Shown: positions 23,257-32,850 of the stretch, piece after piece
Layout: each line of letters opens with the position of its first letter
Numbering within the stretch: position 1 is the first letter of the stretch
DNA from: a virus
Lineage: Duplodnaviria > Caudoviricetes
Strand: one strand, 5' to 3'
IMG/VR virus record: IMGVR_UViG_3300011335_000323
Location: 1 to 33,432 of that record
Length of the DNA: 33,432 nucleotides
Program-made: the position numbers and the translations under genes
Notes under the pieces: model-generated
The model's input: only the letters and a program-made list of their open reading frames with translations
Told to the model about the DNA's origin: nothing
Databases searched by the model: none

Positions 23257-24673
23257 TATTGTTGTTCCCACTTCCACACAGAATGTAATCTTCAAGCCCA
23301 ATGCTGGGCCTCAGACATTCTTCCTGTCCGCTTCTGAAAGAGAAGTGTTATATGGTGGTGCTGCTGGTGGAGGCAAGAGTTATGCCATGTTGGCAGACCC
23401 TCTTCGCTATCTAGCCCACCCACAATTCTCTGGATTGCTGCTACGCCACACAACAGAAGAGCTTCGTGAGCTTATCTGGAAAAGCCAAGAGATATATCCC
23501 AAGATTTACCCCAACATTAAGTGGAGTGAGCGCAAGATGCAGTGGGTTGCTCCGTCTGGAGCTAGGCTATGGATGTCCTACCTAGACAGAGACGAGGATG
23601 TGCTGCGATATCAGGGCTTAGCCTTCAGTTGGATAGGCTTTGATGAGCTTACACAGTGGCATACCCCCTTTGCTTGGAACTATATGCGCTCACGGCTGCG
23701 TACTCCAGCAGCAGACCTCCCAATTTACATGAGAGCCACCACAAATCCGGGTGGCCCCGGTCATGCTTGGGTTAAAAAGATGTTTATTGACCCAGCACCA
23801 GCAGGAAAACCCTTCTGGGCTACAGATATTGAGACTGCAACTGTACTAAGCTACCCAAAAGGACACACTAAAGAGGGTCAACCCCTGTTTAAACGCCGTT
23901 TTATACCTGCTATGCTGTCTGATAACCCGTATTTGGCTGAGACAGGCGACTATGAGACGATGTTGCTGTCCCTTCCTGAGCATCAACGCAAGCAATTGCT
24001 GGAAGGAAACTGGGATATTGCAGAGGGAGCAGCCTTCTCTGAGTTTAATAGGGCTATACATGTGGTAGAACCCTTTGACATCCCAAGTAATTGGGTAAAG
24101 TTTAGGTCATGTGACTACGGATATGGTAGTCATAGTGCTGTTGTTTGGTTTGCTGTCACACCAAGTGAGCAAATTGTCATCTATCGTGAGCTATATGTAT
24201 CAAAGGTATTGGCAAAAGACTTGGCTCACATGGTGTTAAAGGCAGAACAGAACGATGGCACTATTAGATATGGAGTATTAGATAGTAGTTGCTGGCATAA
24301 AAGAGGTGACACAGGGCCATCGCTAGCAGAGCAGATGATTATGGAGGGATGCCGGTGGCGACCTTCGGATAGAAGCGCTGGTAGTAGAGTTGCAGGTAAG
24401 AATGAGATGCACAGAAGGTTGCAGATTGACCCATTTACAGAAATGCCAAGAATGGTTATAACTAGTAACTGTATAAACACAATAGCTCAGCTTCCTATTA
24501 TTCCTTTGGATAAAAAGAATCCTGAGGATATAGATACAAAGACGGAAGATCACCTATATGATGCAATTCGCTATGGCATTATGAGCCGTCCTAGAAGTAG
24601 TTTGTTTGATTATAATCCAGCAAATAGTAAACAGTATGGGATGAAAGTAGCTGACCCAGTTTTTGGTTATTGA
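23084..24673 (+). CDS. terL: Terminase large subunit
   Basis: Q motif PNAGPQ, Walker A GGAAGGGKS, Walker B WIGFDE, ATTNPGG, and nuclease motifs DYGY and DHLYDAIRY. The start codon is uncertain. Confidence 0.95.
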   Translation: MNSRTGENLQLTASLPSGTKKPLGRPKNTKKESEPKAATSSPIILETSLPASEPAISNIVVPTSTQNVIFKPNAGPQTFFLSASEREVLYGGAAGGGKSYAMLADPLRYLAHPQFSGLLLRHTTEELRELIWKSQEIYPKIYPNIKWSERKMQWVAPSGARLWMSYLDRDEDVLRYQGLAFSWIGFDELTQWHTPFAWNYMRSRLRTPAADLPIYMRATTNPGGPGHAWVKKMFIDPAPAGKPFWATDIETATVLSYPKGHTKEGQPLFKRRFIPAMLSDNPYLAETGDYETMLLSLPEHQRKQLLEGNWDIAEGAAFSEFNRAIHVVEPFDIPSNWVKFRSCDYGYGSHSAVVWFAVTPSEQIVIYRELYVSKVLAKDLAHMVLKAEQNDGTIRYGVLDSSCWHKRGDTGPSLAEQMIMEGCRWRPSDRSAGSRVAGKNEMHRRLQIDPFTEMPRMVITSNCINTIAQLPIIPLDKKNPEDIDTKTEDHLYDAIRYGIMSRPRSSLFDYNPANSKQYGMKVADPVFGY

Positions 24674-24687
24674 TATTAAGGAATAAT

Positions 24688-26787
24688 ATGGTAGAAAAGC
24701 AGCAAACGCTAGGAGATAAAACCTTAGCCCTAGACGATATTAAATCTGTAGATGATGCAGAAGTTGCTGGTGGCGGGATTATTGCTTATGTGCAAGAACG
24801 CTTTACTAGGTCTGAGACAAGTAGAAGGCAAGACGAAGCAAGATGGCTTCGTGCCTATCGCAACTATCGCGGCATCTACGGAACTGATGTTCAGTTTACA
24901 GAACATGAGAAGTCTCGTGTATTCATTAAAGTAACCAAGACTAAAACGCTAGCTGCTTATGGTCAGATCATTGAGGTATTGTTTTCCAACAACAAGTTTC
25001 CACTAAGTGTAGACCCAACTGTTCTCCCTGATGGTGTAGTAGAGAGCGTACACTTTGACCCCAACGACAAAACACCTCCTGCTGAGAAAAAGAAAACAGA
25101 GATTCCTTTTGGGGAAGAGGGAAGCAAGTCAATTCCAAGCGGATTCACTTTAGATAATCTAGAGGATATGCTTGGGGATATGAAGGATGAACTTAAAGAC
25201 ATCCCCAATCTAAAAGAAGGGCCGGGGGTTACTCCCTCATCTGTCACCTTCAGCCCCTCTATGGTGGCGGCTAAGAAGATGGAAAAGAAAATCCATGACC
25301 AGCTAGACGAGACAGGAGCTTCCAAGCATCTGCGTTCTACTGCTTTTGAAATGGCTCTGTTTGGCACGGGCGTTATGAAAGGCCCATTCGCTGTCAACAA
25401 AGAATATGCTAGCTGGGATGATGAGGGTAAATATAAACCGACAATTAAAACTGTACCAGAAGCATCACATGTTTCCCTTTGGAACTTCTATTGGGATTCA
25501 GACGCTAACAACACAGGAGACTGTCAGTATGTTATTGAGCGGCACAAGATGTCGCGTACCCAACTAAGGGCGTTGAAAAGAAGACCGCATTTTAGGTCTA
25601 ATATAATTGACCAAATTATTGAGGACGGTGAAGGCTACGTTAAGAAGTATTGGGAAGATGATCTAAAAGATTATGCTCCCACCTTTGGTGTTGAGCGCTT
25701 TGAAGTTTTAGAATACTGGGGTAATGTAGATATTGATTTGTTGGAAGAGAATGATGTAGTTATTCCTGAAGACATGAAAGAAGCTGGCGAACTGCAAGCT
25801 AATATCTGGTACTGCAATGGTAGGATTCTTCGTCTTGTTTTGAATCCTTTTAAGCCAGCGCGTATTCCTTACTATGCTGTTCCTTATGAACTCAATCCCT
25901 ACTCCTTAGCCGGTGTTGGTATTGGTGAGAACATGGATGATACACAGACACTAATGAACGGCTTCATGCGTATGGCTGTTGACAATGCTGTGCTGTCTGG
26001 TAATCTTATCTTTGAGATTGATGAAACCAATCTTGTCCCCGGTCAAGACCTATCTGTGTACCCCGGAAAAGTGTTCCGAAGACAAGGAGGAGCGCCGGGT
26101 CAATCGCTGTTTGGAACTAAGTTTCCAAATGTCTCTAATGAAAATCTACAGCTATTTGATAAGGCTAGACAACTAGCAGATGAGTCTACAGGACTACCTT
26201 CATTCTCTCACGGTCAGACAGGTGTATCCGGTGTTGGAAGAACTGCCAGCGGTATCAGTATGTTAATGAATGCTGCTAGCGGTAATATCAAAACAGTCAT
26301 TAAGAATGTGGACGATTATTTACTTGCTCCTTTGGGAGAGGCTTTCTTTAACTTCAACATGCAGTTTGATTATGACCCTGCAATTAAAGGAGACTTGGAA
26401 GTATCAGCTAAGGGAACAGAGAGCTTGATGGCTAACGAAGTTAGAAGCCAGCGATTGATGCAATTCTTGCAGATTGCAAGCCAGCCTTCACTTGCTCCGT
26501 TTGCTAAGTTCCCTTATGTTATTCGTGAAATTGCGAAGAGCATGGACTTAGACCCAGACAAAGTTACTAACAATATGGATGAGGCCATAAAGCAAGCATT
26601 CTTAATGCAGCAGAACGCACCTCCTGCTCCTCCTGCTGCACCAGCCGGTGCTGCTCCACAGGGCGCTCCACCACAAGGCGTAGCTGGCCCTCCTAGTGTG
26701 GCAGACATGAGCGGTGGTGGTGGTGGCAACATTGGTGTTGGTGCTGCTCCTGCCCCACAAGAACAAGGATTTAGTGGCAATGTCTGA
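24688..26787 (+). CDS. Portal protein
   Basis: About 700 aa directly after terL, with FGTGVMK, G.GIGENM.D.Q...N...R..VDN and RTASGISML motifs and a Pro/Ala/Gly-rich tail. Confidence 0.88.
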   Translation: MVEKQQTLGDKTLALDDIKSVDDAEVAGGGIIAYVQERFTRSETSRRQDEARWLRAYRNYRGIYGTDVQFTEHEKSRVFIKVTKTKTLAAYGQIIEVLFSNNKFPLSVDPTVLPDGVVESVHFDPNDKTPPAEKKKTEIPFGEEGSKSIPSGFTLDNLEDMLGDMKDELKDIPNLKEGPGVTPSSVTFSPSMVAAKKMEKKIHDQLDETGASKHLRSTAFEMALFGTGVMKGPFAVNKEYASWDDEGKYKPTIKTVPEASHVSLWNFYWDSDANNTGDCQYVIERHKMSRTQLRALKRRPHFRSNIIDQIIEDGEGYVKKYWEDDLKDYAPTFGVERFEVLEYWGNVDIDLLEENDVVIPEDMKEAGELQANIWYCNGRILRLVLNPFKPARIPYYAVPYELNPYSLAGVGIGENMDDTQTLMNGFMRMAVDNAVLSGNLIFEIDETNLVPGQDLSVYPGKVFRRQGGAPGQSLFGTKFPNVSNENLQLFDKARQLADESTGLPSFSHGQTGVSGVGRTASGISMLMNAASGNIKTVIKNVDDYLLAPLGEAFFNFNMQFDYDPAIKGDLEVSAKGTESLMANEVRSQRLMQFLQIASQPSLAPFAKFPYVIREIAKSMDLDPDKVTNNMDEAIKQAFLMQQNAPPAPPAAPAGAAPQGAPPQGVAGPPSVADMSGGGGGNIGVGAAPAPQEQGFSGNV

Positions 26788-26995
26788 TAAGTCTTATCTA
26801 CCTAAGTTAAAAGTATTAGTTGCAAATAACAAGCAATGGGAGGGCTTTTGTGAAATGCTTCAATTTAATATTGAACAGCAACAACGAAAGCTCGAACAAG
26901 CAGTTGAATTACGGGAAATACATCAAGCTCAGGGAGCCATAATTATGTTGCGTCAAATGAAATATCTCAAGGAAGAAATAAATGCCCACAAATAA
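26780..26995 (+). CDS. Small conserved protein downstream of portal
   Basis: Start taken at MSDKSY; IHQAQG....LR pattern. Confidence 0.75.
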   Translation: MSDKSYLPKLKVLVANNKQWEGFCEMLQFNIEQQQRKLEQAVELREIHQAQGAIIMLRQMKYLKEEINAHK

Positions 26996-28730
26996 TCTGT
27001 TAGCTACTGGTGGAATGAAACAACAAGGTGGAACAGTAGACCCTGTTAGTGGTAACGCTGTTCCTGTAGGTTCTCTACAGAATGAAGTTAGAGACGATGT
27101 AGACGCAAAACTTAGTGATGGTGAGTTTGTTTTTTCTGCGGATGTAACACGTTACATTGGGCTTGATAAGTTGATGCAGATTCGTGACGCAGCTAAGGAA
27201 GGGCTACAAAAAATGGATAGTATGGGGCAGATGGGTAATGCCGAAGAAGCTGCTAAAGATGGTGGTGACGAAGATCAATTCTCTTCTCACATTGATGACA
27301 TCATATCCTCTGTTGATGGAAAAGAAGATGTAAAGAAATTTGCTGGTGGTGGTGGGGTGAATACAACTGACTATAGTGGAGCGCCTTTGTCAGGATTTAC
27401 AATGGAGCAGTATGAAGACCCTAAAACAAAAGTAACCAGATACATCCCTTTTCTAAAGGGAAAACCTTTGCTTCCTATTCCTACTGGGTATGTAAAGAAA
27501 GTATTAAATGTCCCAGAAAATGTTATTACAACACCTACTACTACTACTACTACTGATATTAATGCAACAGGAAAACAAGGTGGAAGAGGAGCAGGAACAG
27601 AGGATGGTGGGGGTAGTGCAATTCGTCCGGTTAATGATGCAGGAGTAGAAGGTTTTGGCGATATCCAAGGAGGAACAAATCCTAATTTGGCGAGGATTGG
27701 TGGCGCTGTTGTCGGCCTTTTTAATCCTCTTCTTGGTCTTCTTGTAGGGGCAGGCGGTGGCTATCTTACTAAAATAAATAACGAAAAAATGGCAGCAGCA
27801 AACGCAAAAGCTATAGACGCTTCTGCTTTAGCGGCTGCGGGATTTGATGCAAGAGATATAAAATCAGCCCAAGAAGCTGCGGCTAGAGCTACATTAGATG
27901 GCAAGTCTGCAAGAGAGATTGCGGTAATTACGGCTAATGCTGCTGCTACAGGTGCTACACCTAATTCACCAAAAACATCCCTTGATGCTCTTATTGGTAT
28001 TACCAACGGATTTAACACAGCTAATAAAGATGTCATGAAAATTCCAGTAGAGTATAGAGATAAAGTCCCAGCGAATTTATACGATAAATTAATAAATCTG
28101 GTAGCCTCAGGAGTACCTGTTGAGAAAGCTGCACAGCAAATAGTAGATAGTGCTGAGGGTAAAATTGCGTCTGAGGGGCTGACAGGCCAAGTACCAATAG
28201 GTTATTATAACGAAGTTGCACAGCTTATAAAAGATGGATATACCGCTAAAGAAGCTATAGAGCAAGTCACAATAAAAGATGTTGAAAGAAAAGATCAAGA
28301 AGTTAGAGATAAAGAAGAAGCAGATAGAGAAGCAGCTAATCAAAAGACTTTGAACGATGCTAGAGAAGCCGCAGATAAAAAAGAAGCAGCCGAAAAAGCA
28401 GTTAAAGAGCAACAAGACAAGGAAACTAAAGAAGCAGACGAAAGAGAAATAAAAGCAAAAGAAGATACAGAAGCCAGAGCAACTTTGGTAGCAATACAAG
28501 ATAGAGAGCGAGAGTCTCAGGCAGCCTTCGAGAGGACAGTAGAAGCCACTAGACAACAAGACGCTGGGGAAGCAACAGAAAGAGCAGCAGCAGAAAAAGA
28601 GAGAAGCGATGCTGCTGCTCAGGTAGCCACGATTGACACTGGTACTAAAGGCGGTGGTGGATATGCAACTTCTAACACCCCCGGATTTGGTAATGTGGCT
28701 GCTGGATATACAGGTGGTAGCGAAGCTTAA
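26982..28730 (+). CDS. Putative internal virion/ejection protein
   Basis: RDDVDAKLSDGEFVFSADV N-terminal motif, a Gly-rich hydrophobic segment and a charged coiled coil; located between portal and scaffold. Confidence 0.55.
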   Translation: MPTNNLLATGGMKQQGGTVDPVSGNAVPVGSLQNEVRDDVDAKLSDGEFVFSADVTRYIGLDKLMQIRDAAKEGLQKMDSMGQMGNAEEAAKDGGDEDQFSSHIDDIISSVDGKEDVKKFAGGGGVNTTDYSGAPLSGFTMEQYEDPKTKVTRYIPFLKGKPLLPIPTGYVKKVLNVPENVITTPTTTTTTDINATGKQGGRGAGTEDGGGSAIRPVNDAGVEGFGDIQGGTNPNLARIGGAVVGLFNPLLGLLVGAGGGYLTKINNEKMAAANAKAIDASALAAAGFDARDIKSAQEAAARATLDGKSAREIAVITANAAATGATPNSPKTSLDALIGITNGFNTANKDVMKIPVEYRDKVPANLYDKLINLVASGVPVEKAAQQIVDSAEGKIASEGLTGQVPIGYYNEVAQLIKDGYTAKEAIEQVTIKDVERKDQEVRDKEEADREAANQKTLNDAREAADKKEAAEKAVKEQQDKETKEADEREIKAKEDTEARATLVAIQDRERESQAAFERTVEATRQQDAGEATERAAAEKERSDAAAQVATIDTGTKGGGGYATSNTPGFGNVAAGYTGGSEA

Positions 28731-28887
28731 TAATGATGATTACTATTTCATAACATAATAGTATATAATATCCATATCTAAACCAGTGGTGGGCTGGAAG
28801 ATACTTAATAATAACCCACCATTATTGGCTAACCTGACTCCCCGATTTATCGGCTACAGACCAGCCCCAACTTAAGGATATATATTT

Positions 28888-29745
28888 ATGACAGAAGCAG
28901 TGATGGAAAGACAAGAACAGAAGACAGGGTTTGCTAGCCGTAATGCTAATGACGAAAGAATTAAAAAAGAAGAAGATGAGCTTAAGAGTTTAATTGATTC
29001 AAATGCAGAAGGGAAACCAGCTTCACCTAATCCAGAAGATGATAGCAATCTGAATGCAGAGGAAAAGACATTTAAGAAACGCTATGGCGACTTGAGAAGC
29101 CATTCTCAAAAGCAGCAAATCCAGCTTCAAAAAGAGATTGATGAGCTTCGGTCACAACTACAGAAGAGTACCAGCAATCAGATTAAACTCCCCACCAGCG
29201 ATGAAGACCTAGCTGCTTGGGCTAATGAGTATCCTGATGTTGCCCGTATTGTAGAAACAATTGCAATCAAGAAGGCCAAAGAACAATCAGCAGAACTAGA
29301 CCAGCGCTTCAAAGCTCTGGATGATAGGGAACAAGAGACTGCCAGAGAGAGGGCAGAAGCTGAATTACTTCGTATGCATCCTGACTTTGAGAACATCAAA
29401 GACAGTGATGAGTTTCACAATTGGGTGGAAGAGCAGCCTAAGTGGGTACAGAATGCTTTGTATGAGAATGACACAGACGCTAAAGCAGCGGCCCGTGCTA
29501 TTGATTTGTACAAGGCAGACAAAGGAATTGGGAAGCCTAAGAAGTCAGAGAATAGAAGCGCAGCCGAAGGTATATCCACTAGAAGTAGCCGCTCTGCTCC
29601 TTCTGGGCAGGATGCGGAAGGGATTATTTATGAATCCCAAGTTAATGCTATGACAACCCATCAGTATGAAGCTAACCAAGAAGCTATTTCCAAGGCTATT
29701 AAGTCTGGTAAGTTTGTATATGATCTGAGTGGCAATGCGCGGTAA
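28888..29745 (+). CDS. Capsid scaffolding protein
   Basis: Acidic and helical, with FKKRYGDLR, HPDF...F..W and I..AI..G C-terminal patterns; directly upstream of the capsid gene. Confidence 0.8.
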   Translation: MTEAVMERQEQKTGFASRNANDERIKKEEDELKSLIDSNAEGKPASPNPEDDSNLNAEEKTFKKRYGDLRSHSQKQQIQLQKEIDELRSQLQKSTSNQIKLPTSDEDLAAWANEYPDVARIVETIAIKKAKEQSAELDQRFKALDDREQETARERAEAELLRMHPDFENIKDSDEFHNWVEEQPKWVQNALYENDTDAKAAARAIDLYKADKGIGKPKKSENRSAAEGISTRSSRSAPSGQDAEGIIYESQVNAMTTHQYEANQEAISKAIKSGKFVYDLSGNAR

Positions 29746-29748
29746 GTG

Positions 29749-29776
29749 TTGACACCTTTTAAAAATGTGATATAAC
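29749..29776 (+). promoter_or_regulatory. Sigma70-like promoter for the capsid operon
   Basis: TTGACA-16 bp-TATAAC with an extended -10 TG. Confidence 0.7.
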
Positions 29777-30007
29777 CTCAGCAAGGTCATTGATTTGGTC
29801 TTGCTCTTGGGCCTTCGCCGTTATCCGTAACCACCGAAAGCCCAAGAATGTTTAACGCAAACTGTCAGTAAGCAGATTACCCAAATAATCTAGCCAATAA
29901 ATAAAAGTCCCCTAGAAGATTTCTATTTATTCACCTAGCATGATTGGCCCTGTGGAACTAGGTCAGCGTATATAAGTATATGCCCATCTATCTATAGGAG
30001 AAATATC

Positions 30008-31078
30008 ATGGCATTTCCCAAGGCAACGGGTTACGGCAATTTACCTAATGGTAATTTTAGCTCGGTAATCTATTCCAAGCAAGTACAACTTGCATTCCGT
30101 AAGGCTTCCACTGTTGAAGCTGTAACCAATAACGACTATTTTGGCGAGATTGCCAACATGGGCGATTCGGTTAAGATCATCAAAGAACCTGAAGTTAGCG
30201 TTCAGTCGTATGCTCGTGGTACACAAATCACTGCACAAGACCTGAATGACGAGGATTTCACGCTTGTTGTCGATCAGGCTAACTACTATGCCTTCAAGAT
30301 TGATGACATTGAGGCTGCTCACTCTCATGTAAATTTCATGCAGATGGCTTCTGATCGCGCTGCTTATCGCATCCGTGACCAGTATGACCAAGACGTTTTG
30401 GGTTACATGTCTGGCTATCAGCAGTCTGCTAAGCACACTCAAGCAGGTACAGCCCGTACTACCTACCCCGGTACTAAGGCACTGACTGAAGCTGGCTCCA
30501 ACGAATTGCTGTCCACCATGCAATTGAAGAAGGGTGACTTTGGTAACATTACCACTGGTTCCGCTGGTGACCATTCCATTCCTTTGGCTGCTCGTCTGCC
30601 GGGTGCTACCGCAATGCCCACAGCTACGGCTTCGCCTCTGATGGTGATTGCTCGTATGAATCGTTTGCTAGACCAACAGTTTGTTGACTCGCAAGGTCGT
30701 TGGTTGGTGGTTGACCCCATCTTCATGGAACTGTTGAAAGACGAAGACAGCCGTTTGCTTAACAGCGACTTCGGTGGTTCCGGTCTGCAAAACGGTTTGG
30801 TGATTAACAACCTGCACGGCTTCAAAGTGTATGTGTCTAACAACCTACCCAAAGTAGGTACTGGCGCTGGTACTACTGGCTCGGCTAACCAAAACTCTAA
30901 CTTCGGTGTTATTGTTGCTGGTCACCAGTCCGCTATTGCTACTGCTCAGCAAATCACTAAGACAGAAACCTATCGTGACCCAGATAGCTTTGCTGACATC
31001 GTGCGTGGTATGCATCTCTATGGTCGCAAAATCTTGCGTCCTGAGGGCATCGTCACTGCTAAATACAACGCTGCTTAA
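30008..31078 (+). CDS. Major capsid protein
   Basis: 356 aa with Y.GEI...GDSVKI, F.IDDIE, GRWLVVDP, GFKVYVSNNLP and FADIVRG.HLYG.K.LRPE patterns; strong AGGAG Shine-Dalgarno. Confidence 0.93.
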   Translation: MAFPKATGYGNLPNGNFSSVIYSKQVQLAFRKASTVEAVTNNDYFGEIANMGDSVKIIKEPEVSVQSYARGTQITAQDLNDEDFTLVVDQANYYAFKIDDIEAAHSHVNFMQMASDRAAYRIRDQYDQDVLGYMSGYQQSAKHTQAGTARTTYPGTKALTEAGSNELLSTMQLKKGDFGNITTGSAGDHSIPLAARLPGATAMPTATASPLMVIARMNRLLDQQFVDSQGRWLVVDPIFMELLKDEDSRLLNSDFGGSGLQNGLVINNLHGFKVYVSNNLPKVGTGAGTTGSANQNSNFGVIVAGHQSAIATAQQITKTETYRDPDSFADIVRGMHLYGRKILRPEGIVTAKYNAA

Positions 31079-31089
31079 GGAGAACATAA

Positions 31090-31584
31090 ATGGCAACTAT
31101 TACTACTCTCTCTAACGCTGTCGGTGCAGGTTTGCAACCGGCCCGTGGTATTCGCCCCATGCCCTATGTGGTTGAAAATACCATTAGCTTGGCTGCGGCT
31201 GTAACAGCAAAAGGCTCGGCTCTTGCCGCTGCTGATGTCATCGAAGCTCTGCAAATCCCTGCACAATCCATTGTGTTGGCTGCTGGCTACGAAGTTACTT
31301 CTGCTGTCACTGGTAGCTGTACCGTCAGCTTGGGTGTTACTGGTGTCACTGCCGCTGCTTATGTTTCAGCTTTTGCTGTAACTGGCTCTACGGCTGTCGG
31401 CACTTACGCAACTCCTGCAACCGCTGGCTATCCGATTGTTTCGCAATCTGCTGATACGATTGACTTGCTGTTGGTTACTGAGACTACAACTCTCAGCGTA
31501 GGCTCTATCCGTGTATTTGCTGTCATCGTTGATGCAGCAGACAGAGTTGGCCCTGCCTCGGTAGACCGTGAACAGTTGGCTTAA
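31090..31584 (+). CDS. Putative capsid decoration / minor capsid protein
   Basis: Ala/Thr/Val-rich protein placed between the capsid gene and its terminator. Confidence 0.65.
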   Translation: MATITTLSNAVGAGLQPARGIRPMPYVVENTISLAAAVTAKGSALAAADVIEALQIPAQSIVLAAGYEVTSAVTGSCTVSLGVTGVTAAAYVSAFAVTGSTAVGTYATPATAGYPIVSQSADTIDLLLVTETTTLSVGSIRVFAVIVDAADRVGPASVDREQLA

Positions 31585-31601
31585 GCGCTAACTACCTGAA
31601 C

Positions 31602-31639
31602 AGGGGCAGCTTCCACAAGAGGTTGCCCCTTTCTTTTTC
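31602..31639 (+). terminator. Rho-independent terminator
   Basis: AGGGGCAGCTTC-CACAA-GAGGTTGCCCCT followed by TTCTTTTT. Confidence 0.85.
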
Positions 31640-31651
31640 TAAAGGATTAAT

Positions 31652-32095
31652 ATGGCTATCACTTCCGCAGTATGCACAAGCTTTAAGAAGGAGCTTCTTG
31701 AGCGAAAGCACGACTTCAATGTAACCTCTGGTCATACATTTAAGCTTGCTCTCTTCACTTCTGCTGCTACTCTTGGTGCTTCCACCACAGCCTACACCAC
31801 TACTAACGAAGTTGTTGGTACAGGCTACACAGCCGGTGGAATCGTCCTAACTAATGTTGACCCCACCTCCAGTGGGACTACAGCATTCATTGACTTCAAT
31901 GATGCTACATTTACAAGCGCAACTATCACTGCCGCTGGTGCTTTGATTTATAACACTACCACCGATGGTGGTACAGCAACAACTAATGCTGTTGCTGTAA
32001 TTTCTTTTGGTGCAGATAAGACTTCTACCAACGGTGATTTTGTTGTGCAGTTCCCAGTAGCAGACGCTACCAATGCTATCCTTAGAATTGCTTAA
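31652..32095 (+). CDS. Virion structural protein (tail-associated)
   Basis: SFKKELL...H.F....FKLALFT...GYTAGG...GALIYN...FG.DKTST.G.F..QFP pattern. Confidence 0.75.
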   Translation: MAITSAVCTSFKKELLERKHDFNVTSGHTFKLALFTSAATLGASTTAYTTTNEVVGTGYTAGGIVLTNVDPTSSGTTAFIDFNDATFTSATITAAGALIYNTTTDGGTATTNAVAVISFGADKTSTNGDFVVQFPVADATNAILRIA

Positions 32096-32103
32096 GGAGT
32101 TTT

Positions 32104-32448
32104 ATGGCTCTAGTCTTAGCCGATAGGGTTCAAGAAACAACCACAACAACCGGAACTGGTACTGTCACTCTGGCAGGTGCTGCTTCCGGTTTTCAGTCTT
32201 TCGCTGCTGTTGGTGATGGGAATTCTACCTACTACACTATTACGGGTACTACAGAGTGGGAGGTTGGAATTGGAACATATACATCATCTGGCACTACGCT
32301 ATCAAGAACAACTGTACTTTCTTCTAGCAATTCTGGTTCATTGGTGAATTTTTCCGCAGGCACAAAGAATGTGTTTGTAACTTACCCAGCTAGTGTTGCT
32401 GTTCCAGAAGGCAAAGCAATAGTTTTAGCAATGGTTTTTGGATATTGA
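32104..32448 (+). CDS. Virion structural protein (tail-fibre N-terminal-like)
   Basis: ADRVQETTTTTGTGT..L.GA...WEVGIGTY....LSRTTV.SSSN...F.AG.K.VF.TYPA pattern. Confidence 0.75.
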   Translation: MALVLADRVQETTTTTGTGTVTLAGAASGFQSFAAVGDGNSTYYTITGTTEWEVGIGTYTSSGTTLSRTTVLSSSNSGSLVNFSAGTKNVFVTYPASVAVPEGKAIVLAMVFGY

Positions 32449-32457
32449 GGAATAGAA

Positions 32458-32850
32458 ATGGCAAACCCTAATATTGTTAACGTATCGTCAATTTACGGCA
32501 ATACAACGTACTACACGCCAAGCGGAACAAGTGCGGTAGTGCTACTGCCTAACGCAGCATCATCTGGAATAGTTAACAAGATTGGCAATGTAGTGGTTTC
32601 AAATGTAACTGCATCGGCTGCTAATGCTACCGTTTCTATTTACAGCAATGGCGCGGTGGCCCAAGGTTCTGCTCCTTCTGGTGGAACAGCTTACCCAATT
32701 GCCTATCAAGTATCTGTACCGGCTAATGCAACCCTTGTAGTAGTGGATAAAAGCACTTCGTTTTATCTACAAGAGGGTACGTCCATATCAATTACATCAG
32801 GTACGGCAAGCTCCCTTACTTTTACAACTTCTTATGAGGCCATCAGCTAA
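32458..32850 (+). CDS. Virion structural protein
   Basis: MANPNIVNV..I.G...VPANATL...K....YL.EG...SYE pattern. Confidence 0.7.
   Translation: MANPNIVNVSSIYGNTTYYTPSGTSAVVLLPNAASSGIVNKIGNVVVSNVTASAANATVSIYSNGAVAQGSAPSGGTAYPIAYQVSVPANATLVVVDKSTSFYLQEGTSISITSGTASSLTFTTSYEAIS

Noticed and set aside
20438-31266. Minus-strand ORFs in the right arm (e.g. 21186-21704, 24963-25400, 30041-30574)
   Set aside because: They are antisense shadows of the late genes.
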